From: Bacteroidota bacterium
GTDB taxonomy: Bacteria; Bacteroidota; Bacteroidia; Bacteroidales; DYOH01
DNA length: 64,000 bases
Reading direction: 5' to 3'
NCBI GenBank assembly: GCA_020048155.1
Contig: JAIFMY010000022.1
Coordinates: 4,356 to 68,355 of the forward strand
This document shows, one piece after another, positions 56,982 through 64,000 of the stretch. The notes beneath the pieces were generated by a model, which saw only the letters and a program-made list of their open reading frames with translations, had not been told where the DNA came from and did no database searches. The translations under genes were made by a program, and so were the position numbers. Within the stretch, counting starts at the first letter, position 1; each line of letters begins with the position of its first letter.

Positions 56982-58100
56982 TTAATATATGAAATATGGA
57001 TTGACTTTTTGAAAGACTGAGTCAGGTAATAACTTAGCATTCTGAAGTTTGGAGGCATCTGTAAACATACCATATTTGCTTCGATGGTTGATGATTGCTT
57101 TGACCTGATCATAACTGAGATAAGGATGTTTAAGTTCTTTAAAGTCAGCAAAATTTATTTTAATCTTTTTTAAAGCCGTTTTGCTTGAGATGGGTTTAAT
57201 GAGTGTATCGAGGCTTGATAAAAGTTTCTGGTTGAAGCCATACACTTCTAGTAGTTGATTTTTGGAGGCAAAACCACCAAGTTTGTTACGATAAGCTATA
57301 ATACGTGCTGCCAAGGTCTGACCAATTCCCGGTAATGCATTTAGCGAGCTGGTGTCTGCCTCATTTAAGTCTACAGCAGTGTATTTTCTTTCGTATACGG
57401 TCACTTTCTTTGTTTGAGCGTTTATTTCAAGTTCATGTCTCAAATCTTCTGGAATGAAGGTTATTTTGGCAATATCGCTGCTTTTTTTGAAACCTCCGGA
57501 TTTGTCGCGGAACTTTATAAATGCATCTGCTTGCTTCTCAGATAGCCCCCATTTGATGAGTTGCTGCTTCGAGATTGTATCTGGAGAATATGGATAGACT
57601 TTGCTACTTTCGATTTGCTGGATAGTGGCGAGTTTTGTTGCACTATTGTGCTCAGGTAGTTGTATATACGGTTTAAGCAAATCAAATTGTATTTGGCGCA
57701 GCCCATACATTTTCTTAAAATCATCTTTTTGATAAAATCTTCCCCCTTTTTCGCGGTAATTGATGATGGTTGCAACTTGTTTTTCGGTAAGGCCTAGTTT
57801 AAGAAATTGCACGTTGGTAGCAGTATTGGGATCGAAATTAAAAAGTTGGAGTGAGTCATATTTTTCCAAAATAAATTTATCAACGCGTGAAAGGTTTTCA
57901 TAAGAACTTCGTTTACTGAGACCTGCAATGAAACTGTCTGCCTCTTCTTTAGATATGGGCGAAATGCTGTATGGTTTTGAGTTGAGATAGATTTGGTAAC
58001 CATGCCTGAGACCGTAGAAGGTAAAAATAATAATGAGCAATACTATGACAGATTTTCGCTCACGTTTATTCATAATAAAATACTCTCGCCAGTTCACCAT
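56982..58100 (-). CDS. Membrane-anchored helix-hairpin-helix repeat protein (ComEA-like DNA-binding)
   Basis: The protein has an N-terminal TM segment and several HhH units (for example LNALPGIGQTLAARIIAYRNKLGGF and LGLTEKQVATIINYREKGGRF). Confidence 0.65.
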   Translation of the reverse strand: MVNWREYFIMNKRERKSVIVLLIIIFTFYGLRHGYQIYLNSKPYSISPISKEEADSFIAGLSKRSSYENLSRVDKFILEKYDSLQLFNFDPNTATNVQFLKLGLTEKQVATIINYREKGGRFYQKDDFKKMYGLRQIQFDLLKPYIQLPEHNSATKLATIQQIESSKVYPYSPDTISKQQLIKWGLSEKQADAFIKFRDKSGGFKKSSDIAKITFIPEDLRHELEINAQTKKVTVYERKYTAVDLNEADTSSLNALPGIGQTLAARIIAYRNKLGGFASKNQLLEVYGFNQKLLSSLDTLIKPISSKTALKKIKINFADFKELKHPYLSYDQVKAIINHRSKYGMFTDASKLQNAKLLPDSVFQKVNPYFIY

Positions 58101-58248
58101 ATTTGATCATTTGTGAAAAGTATTAAAAAAAATAAAGGTCTGTAAATCATTTTATTCTGATTCCAAACCTTCTACTAATTTCTACAAGCATTACAAAAAT
58201 GTAAGTATGTACAAAGATAGTATATAATGCAAATATTCAATCGTTTAA

Positions 58249-59094
58249 CTAAGCCATAAGAAACCTAAGCTGCTGTGCTAGTCGCAGTTTAAGCTCGCGC
58301 CTATCTACAATAAAATCAATAAAACCATGATCCAACAAGAATTCGGAACGCTGAAACCCTTCAGGTAAATCACGTTTAATGGTTTCCTTGATAACCCGAG
58401 GTCCGGCAAATCCTATAAGTGCTTCGGGTTCGGCAATATTCAAATCACCAAGCATAGCAAAAGAAGCAGTAACGCCGCCTGTGGTAGGGTCAGTCATGAG
58501 TGAAACATATGGTAGTCTGGCATCGGCAAGAAGGGTGAGTTTTGCAGAGGTTTTAGCCATCTGCATAAGTGAGAAACCAGCTTCCATCATACGAGCTCCC
58601 CCGGATTTAGAAATGATAAGCAATGCAGAACGTGTTTTGATAGCATGGTCTATGGCTCGGCTGATTTTTTCGCCTACAACGGCTCCCATACTGCCACCAA
58701 TAAATTCAAAATTCATGCTTGCCACCACCAGGTTCAAATCGTCAATTTTTCCGGCAGCTACACTCATGGCTTCGTTTATGCCGGTGCTCTTGGTTGTAAT
58801 TTTTATCCGGTCTACATACTTTTTGGTATCCACGAAACGCAATGGATCTGCAGGATATAAGTTATTGAACAATACTGTATAATCCTGATTATCAAATAGC
58901 AATTCGAAATAATGTTGACTATTGGTTTTATCGTGATAATTGCACTCACTGCATACATTTGCACTCGCATAATGATCGTCGGAGGTAACAATTTTCTTAC
59001 AACGTGGACATTTGTACCATAGCCCTTCACGAATGTCCTTTTTATCTTTTGTTTCGGTTATAATACCTTTTTTCAGTCTTGTAAACCAACCCAT
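58249..59094 (-). CDS. accD: Acetyl-CoA carboxylase carboxyltransferase subunit beta
   Basis: The protein has an N-terminal zinc ribbon (CPRCKKIV…CSECNYH) and a carboxyltransferase core (GGSMGAVVGEK, SGGARMMEAG). Confidence 0.95.
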   Translation of the reverse strand: MGWFTRLKKGIITETKDKKDIREGLWYKCPRCKKIVTSDDHYASANVCSECNYHDKTNSQHYFELLFDNQDYTVLFNNLYPADPLRFVDTKKYVDRIKITTKSTGINEAMSVAAGKIDDLNLVVASMNFEFIGGSMGAVVGEKISRAIDHAIKTRSALLIISKSGGARMMEAGFSLMQMAKTSAKLTLLADARLPYVSLMTDPTTGGVTASFAMLGDLNIAEPEALIGFAGPRVIKETIKRDLPEGFQRSEFLLDHGFIDFIVDRRELKLRLAQQLRFLMA

Positions 59095-59206
59095 AATTCA
59101 CTTTTGATTTCTTTTGGCAAATGTATAAATAATATTTAAATGAACGAATGTTCGAGATTTTTACATATAATACTGATATATAATTTTTTACAATTGGTAT
59201 AAGCTC

Positions 59207-61819
59207 TTAGAACGGATAGCCGATACTAAAAGTATAATTAGAAATAGAGCTAAATGAAGCAGGATAAGTTCCCAGCCATCGATGCCCTTGAGCACGCGAT
59301 GGATCGAAAATCTTGATGCCCACATCGGCTCTGAAAACGAAGAATGTGAAATCGAAACGCAACCCTGCACCAGCACCCACAGCTATTTGTTTATAAAACT
59401 TGTTGAGTTCAAATTTTCCTTCGCTTATATCGGTAGTATATGCCCAGTCCCAAACATTGCCAGCATCAATAAAGATGGCAGATTCGAGCATCCAGTATAT
59501 GTCTTGGCGGTATTCGAAGTTGGCTTCCAATTTCAAATCGCCGGCCTGATTTGGTGCAAGTGAAACAGTATCGGCATGGCTACCCGGACCGATGCCACGT
59601 ACCGGCCAAGCTCTAATGCTATTGGCTCCACCAGAGTAGTACTTTTTACCAAAAGGAAGTACTTTTTTATTGCCATAAGGCAAACCGAGTCCACCATAAA
59701 ACCTGAATACCAATGTATTGGTTTTGCTCATGGCTTTATAATACCTCAAATCAATATCGGTTTTCAGAAACTGGGTATAAACTTTGTTGAGGAGCGTGTA
59801 ACTTCCTGTAGAATCGGGTTCGGCAAAAAGCGGATGTACGGTTCTGAGTAAATTTCCACTGGATTCAACCGAAAAACGGACATAGGGAAAGCTTTTATTC
59901 ACACCAATTTCTTGCTCATTATACAGAAACGAGTAGTTTGTAACGGCAACCACATGATCCTCGTAACTTTCGCGCAGAGAAGGCTTGGTTGAAAGTATCT
60001 CGCTGAATTTGCTGCTGATTGCATAAAGCTCAACGGTATTGAATTCAACAACATTCAGGTTGTGTATGAAATATTTTCCGGTACGCCATCCGTAACCATA
60101 GCCAAAGTTGAGATAATCGCGCGTATAATCTGGTCGTTGCAGATAATTGTAACTGGCCGTAAGATAGGTTTTGGGATAGTTAGTTTTTTTGTATTCCTGA
60201 AAAATATTCCGGAAAAGAAACTGTGGTGACAAACTAGGAAAAGTAAGCCTAGCCTCAAACCCATATTCTAAAGTATTAAAGGAGCCTGTCTCCGAATCCT
60301 CAAGTACATCAATTCGCTTTTCGCGAGCCCCCTTCACTTTGATAGATAAATTTGTAGCACTCCGAAATAAATTGCGATGTTGGTAAACCACACTTCCAGC
60401 CATACCAAAATTTGAGGAGAAATTGCTACCTTCGAGTTCAGTAGTGATAGATTGTAAAGAGGCGGGAGTTAGTTGAATGTGGCAATTGAGTTTACCGGGT
60501 TTGTTCTGATAATTGAATGTTTTGTGCTGCAAAACAGAATCAGATAGCTCTTCGAACTGAATATTCACAATTTTGAAGATACGTAACGCGGAAAGATGCT
60601 GATAGGTCTTTTCGACATCCGTTAATATGTATAAACTATCTGCCGAAGTTTTTTGTTTGCGACCAAGATAAATTTCATCAAAAATTATTTCTGGTTTTAT
60701 AGCCAGTGATTTAAGCACTTTATAATCGGTATTATTTTCATCTTCTAAATAAGGTTGATAAGCAAAGTAGTATCCTTCATATTGAATGGTATCAAATGTG
60801 GATGTATATTCCTGTTTTTCGCGAATAGCACGTTTTGCATCGTAATCGGTGGTAAGTATAACCTTATTGATGTTGTATACCTGGTGATTTCGTTCAATGT
60901 TCTGGAGATACTCCCCCACCTTTATTTTCTCTTTACGTTGCAGTACTTCAAGTGTCAGATTTACATTATTTTCGAAAGTATAGAGCGTATCGGCTTTGTA
61001 TCTTATATACTCTTTAGAAAATTTGAAGTAACCCTTGTTTCGAAGAAGTGCGGTAATGCGATCGCGTTCGGCGTCCAATACATTCAAATCGTATCGCATA
61101 CCTTTTTTTACAAGGCAATTCTTTGCATCATTCATAAGTATGGAGTCGATAGAAGGATCGTATATCTTGTAGCTTAGCCCATTGATAATAGTGGCTTCAC
61201 CAGGCTCAATAAAATATTTGACAGCCACTTTCTTCGCACCCACAATAGTAGTATCCGATGTAACTTTTGCTCGAAAAAATCCTTCATTTTTGAGGTACTG
61301 AGAAATTTGCGCAGCGCTATTTTTCGATATTTTTTCGCTGTATATTACAGGCGCTTCACCTACGGTTTCCATCCCCCAGCGCCGAAACCTGCAACGTGCG
61401 GTTCGCATACTACCACCAAAATCGCTAAAAAGTCTATCCATGCGTATGCGAAAAACAGATTGGCCCAACTCTTTAGCTACTTCATCTTTCTCGCGATTTA
61501 CTTCGTAAGCATCCAAGCAGTCAGTACACTTTTCTTTATAATTTTTGCGGTGAATTGCATTATATACAAATAAGTGAAAAGGGAAAAACACAAATACTTT
61601 GCGGTTTGGGCGTTGCTTGATGAAGGTTTCAAGGTTGTCAACACCCTCTGTCGAAAAATTGCTAGGATATTCAATATCCATCTTCTTTACAAGATACTCA
61701 TTATCTGACAATAAATACGAAGTACTGCATGAAGACAAAGACCAGGCGAATAAAAGGATGAAAGAATATTTTTGCAAATCGGCAAATTGCTTCAATTTTG
61801 TTATCAATATGCTGTGCAT
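59207..61819 (-). CDS. BamA/TamA (Omp85, surface antigen D15) family outer-membrane protein
   Basis: The 870-aa protein has a lipoprotein-type signal (…WSLSSCS). The C-terminal beta-barrel pattern ends in an aromatic terminus (…FSIGYPF), with GGANSIRAW and LRFDF motifs. Confidence 0.7.
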   Translation of the reverse strand: MHSILITKLKQFADLQKYSFILLFAWSLSSCSTSYLLSDNEYLVKKMDIEYPSNFSTEGVDNLETFIKQRPNRKVFVFFPFHLFVYNAIHRKNYKEKCTDCLDAYEVNREKDEVAKELGQSVFRIRMDRLFSDFGGSMRTARCRFRRWGMETVGEAPVIYSEKISKNSAAQISQYLKNEGFFRAKVTSDTTIVGAKKVAVKYFIEPGEATIINGLSYKIYDPSIDSILMNDAKNCLVKKGMRYDLNVLDAERDRITALLRNKGYFKFSKEYIRYKADTLYTFENNVNLTLEVLQRKEKIKVGEYLQNIERNHQVYNINKVILTTDYDAKRAIREKQEYTSTFDTIQYEGYYFAYQPYLEDENNTDYKVLKSLAIKPEIIFDEIYLGRKQKTSADSLYILTDVEKTYQHLSALRIFKIVNIQFEELSDSVLQHKTFNYQNKPGKLNCHIQLTPASLQSITTELEGSNFSSNFGMAGSVVYQHRNLFRSATNLSIKVKGAREKRIDVLEDSETGSFNTLEYGFEARLTFPSLSPQFLFRNIFQEYKKTNYPKTYLTASYNYLQRPDYTRDYLNFGYGYGWRTGKYFIHNLNVVEFNTVELYAISSKFSEILSTKPSLRESYEDHVVAVTNYSFLYNEQEIGVNKSFPYVRFSVESSGNLLRTVHPLFAEPDSTGSYTLLNKVYTQFLKTDIDLRYYKAMSKTNTLVFRFYGGLGLPYGNKKVLPFGKKYYSGGANSIRAWPVRGIGPGSHADTVSLAPNQAGDLKLEANFEYRQDIYWMLESAIFIDAGNVWDWAYTTDISEGKFELNKFYKQIAVGAGAGLRFDFTFFVFRADVGIKIFDPSRAQGHRWLGTYPASFSSISNYTFSIGYPF

Positions 61820-61837
61820 AAAGCAAAAAATTTGTAG

Positions 61838-62593
61838 ATGAATATAAGTAAAGCAAAAGTAAAATTAATTCGCTCATTAGATAGTAAAAATGCACGAAGT
61901 GAAGCCGGATTATTTGTAGCTGAAGGGGAAAAACTAGTAAAAGATTTATTGAAAACATCATTAAAATGCAAGTTCCTGGTGCATAGTGATGCAGTAAAAT
62001 TCCAAAAAGATAATCCTGAAACTGAATATTATGTAGCCGATACAGCCACGATGAAACAAATCAGTTTTCTGGCTACACCACCCGAATTATTAGGAGTTTT
62101 TGAGATACCCATACTTATTGAAAAAACAGATGCACATCAAGCACCTATCATATGCCTCGACGGCATACGAGACCCGGGAAATTTCGGAACCATAGTACGT
62201 ACCGCAGATTGGTTTGGTTTTCATCATATTATATGTTCCAAGGATTGTGTTGATGCCTACAACCCCAAGTGTATACAAGCAAGTATGGGTGCCATAGCTT
62301 CGGTAAAAATTGAATATACTGATTTGGTATCATACATATCTTCCTTCGGGAAAAGCCTACCTGTAGCGGGTACTTTTATGGAAGGGGCAAATATATATAC
62401 ACATGACTTGCAAAAAAATGGATTCATAGTGTTTGGAAATGAAGGAACCGGAATTTCGCGGGAAGTGCTTCCACTCATTACCCATAAAATTTCGATCCCT
62501 TCATTCGGAAAAAAACAGGCAGAATCGCTGAACGTTGCAAGTTCGGTGGCTATCATTGCATCTGAATTTCGTCGCCAGAATACAGTGTTTTAA
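61838..62593 (+). CDS. TrmH/SpoU-family RNA 2'-O-methyltransferase
   Basis: SpoU motifs are present (LDGIRDPGNFGTIVRTA, IVFGNEGTGIS, IPSFGKKQAESLNVASSVAI). Confidence 0.85.
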   Translation: MNISKAKVKLIRSLDSKNARSEAGLFVAEGEKLVKDLLKTSLKCKFLVHSDAVKFQKDNPETEYYVADTATMKQISFLATPPELLGVFEIPILIEKTDAHQAPIICLDGIRDPGNFGTIVRTADWFGFHHIICSKDCVDAYNPKCIQASMGAIASVKIEYTDLVSYISSFGKSLPVAGTFMEGANIYTHDLQKNGFIVFGNEGTGISREVLPLITHKISIPSFGKKQAESLNVASSVAIIASEFRRQNTVF

Positions 62594-62621
62594 CCCATTA
62601 CGAAAGTGTCAAAAAAAAATA

Positions 62622-62655
62622 AACCCTCTCGGACATATTAAATGCCGAAAGGGTT
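62622..62655. terminator. Bidirectional hairpin between the TrmH-like and GH3 genes
   Basis: The stem is aaccctctcgg / ccgaaagggtt (10 of 11 bp). It is flanked by an A9 run on the plus strand, which is a T-run for the minus-strand GH3 transcript. Confidence 0.6.
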
Positions 62656-62716
62656 ATTATTAAACTAAATTACAATAAAACAACTTATTAACTAACTCAT
62701 TTATAAATCAAGTAAA

Positions 62717-64000
62717 TTATTGCAATTTGAAAGATGCATTAATTACATCTACCGAATTTCCACCTACAAATACCATAAAATCGCCATTCTCAGGTTTGAA
62801 AGTAAGATCTGAATGATAGAAAGCCAAATCTGAAGCTTTGATCGTAAAACTGATGGTCTGCTCTTCTCCTTTTTTCAGGAAAACTTTTTTGTATCCTTTC
62901 AATTCCTTTACCGGACGGGTAACATTGCCAACCAGGTCACGCACATAAAGCTGTACCACTTCTTCACCATCGAAATTGCCCGTATTGGCCAGTTTCACTG
63001 AAACAACAATAGAATCGTTGCTATGCAATAAAGAATCGGAAAGTGCAAGATTGGAATAAGCAAAAGTAGTATAGCTCAGACCGAAACCAAATGGGAAAAG
63101 AGGTGTATTACTCACGTCCAGGTATTTGGATGTATACTTACTCTCACTAATAGGACGTCCTGTATTTTTCATATTATAAAAAATAGGAATCTGCCCCACG
63201 TTGCGAGGAAAGGTAATTGGCAATTTTCCTGAAGGATTATACCTTCCGGTAAGCACATCGGCAATGGCATATCCGGCTTGCGTTCCTGCAAACCAAGTTT
63301 CGAGCACTGCATCGGCCATATCCACTTCTTTTTCGATGGTAATTGGGCGGCCATTCATGAGCACCAGTACTATGGGTTTGCCCAATTTTTTGAGTTCAGC
63401 CAGCAATTCGGATTGAACTCCCGGAATGGAAATATTGGTACGGCATGCAGCTTCGCCACTCATTTCAGCGGTTTCGCCTATAGCTAATACAATTATATCA
63501 GCAGCCCGTGCTGCAGCTATTGCTTTTGCAAAACCAGATTTATCGGTACCTTCAATATCGCACCCTTTTTCAAACACCACTTTGAAACCCGGCTCTTGCT
63601 GCAAAGCCATAAGCAGTGACACTGCTTTGGCATTGTCGCCGGCAGCACGCCATGTACCGAGTATGTGATGCTGGGTATCACCAAGCGGGCCAATGAGGGC
63701 CACATTTTTAACATTTGCTCCAAAAGGCAAAGTTTGGTTATTATTTTTGAGTAGCACAAAAGATTTACGGGCTATATCGCGTGCAGCATCAAGGTGCTCA
63801 GGAGCATAAATCAATTGTTTTTCACGTTCTTCATCGGAATACCTATACGGATCATCAAACAAGCCAAGCTGAAATTTGAGTTTCAAAATACGGCGCACAG
63901 CATCATCAATCTGAGCTACAGTTACCTTTTTCTCATCTACCAATTCTTTCAAAAATCTCAGGTATGCAGTGCCTTGCATATCCATATCTACGCCAGCATT
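62717..64000 (-). CDS. Glycoside hydrolase family 3 beta-glucosidase (BglX-like), C-terminal part; gene continues past the right edge
   Basis: GH3 C-terminal domain blocks are present (VALIGPLG, VLAIGETAEMSGEA, LVLMNGRP, FPFGFGLSYT), followed by an FnIII-like tail. The reading frame stays open upstream of the listed Met to position 64000 (…NAGVDMDMQG). Confidence 0.9.
   Translation of the reverse strand, partial: NAGVDMDMQGTAYLRFLKELVDEKKVTVAQIDDAVRRILKLKFQLGLFDDPYRYSDEEREKQLIYAPEHLDAARDIARKSFVLLKNNNQTLPFGANVKNVALIGPLGDTQHHILGTWRAAGDNAKAVSLLMALQQEPGFKVVFEKGCDIEGTDKSGFAKAIAAARAADIIVLAIGETAEMSGEAACRTNISIPGVQSELLAELKKLGKPIVLVLMNGRPITIEKEVDMADAVLETWFAGTQAGYAIADVLTGRYNPSGKLPITFPRNVGQIPIFYNMKNTGRPISESKYTSKYLDVSNTPLFPFGFGLSYTTFAYSNLALSDSLLHSNDSIVVSVKLANTGNFDGEEVVQLYVRDLVGNVTRPVKELKGYKKVFLKKGEEQTISFTIKASDLAFYHSDLTFKPENGDFMVFVGGNSVDVINASFKLQ

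Overview
The window looks like a low-GC Bacteroidota chromosomal segment. This is inferred from the gene order rpsU, XerC/D-like recombinase, hpf, tRNA Thr-Tyr-Gly-Thr, tuf, tRNA-Trp, secE, nusG, rplKAJL, rpoBC, DUF3467, and from a TTTG-N19-TAnnTTTG promoter. Almost everything is on the minus strand. From left to right: (1) pstSCAB, with pstB cut at the left edge. (2) A plus-strand pair made of a redoxin-fold protein and an unknown protein with LRAT/NlpC-like H..H..NC motifs. (3) A tightly packed minus-strand string of GT-C-like membrane protein, SAM methyltransferase, M14 carboxypeptidase, SixA-type phosphatase, glutaminyl cyclase, SDR and a sigma-54 activator with an RtcR/CARF-like N-terminus. 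(4) A signalling island of about 22.7 kb (13.5-36.3 kb) with 11 same-strand genes. These are two stand-alone receivers, two translationally coupled Cache-HAMP-GAF-PAS sensors with no output domain, a soluble hybrid histidine kinase with HPt, five SpoIIE/PP2C phosphatases behind five different sensor modules, and one sensor-only TPR paralog. (5) A small accessory cassette (36.5-39.3 kb) with a membrane-anchored GH24 muramidase, two internally repetitive unknown proteins and an AlbA_2/Schlafen-like protein. (6) ppgK and amt. (7) The conserved transcription/translation core (rpoC to rpsU, five tRNAs). (8) A ComEA-like protein, accD, a BamA/TamA-like OMP, a TrmH-family methyltransferase and a GH3 beta-glucosidase cut at the right edge. 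I saw no CRISPR array, transposase, rRNA or clear prophage. The most unusual content is the PP2C/sensor island, which has no visible partner-switching substrates, and the repeat-protein cassette. All functional calls rest on motif-level reading of the ORF translations, and no database search was possible.
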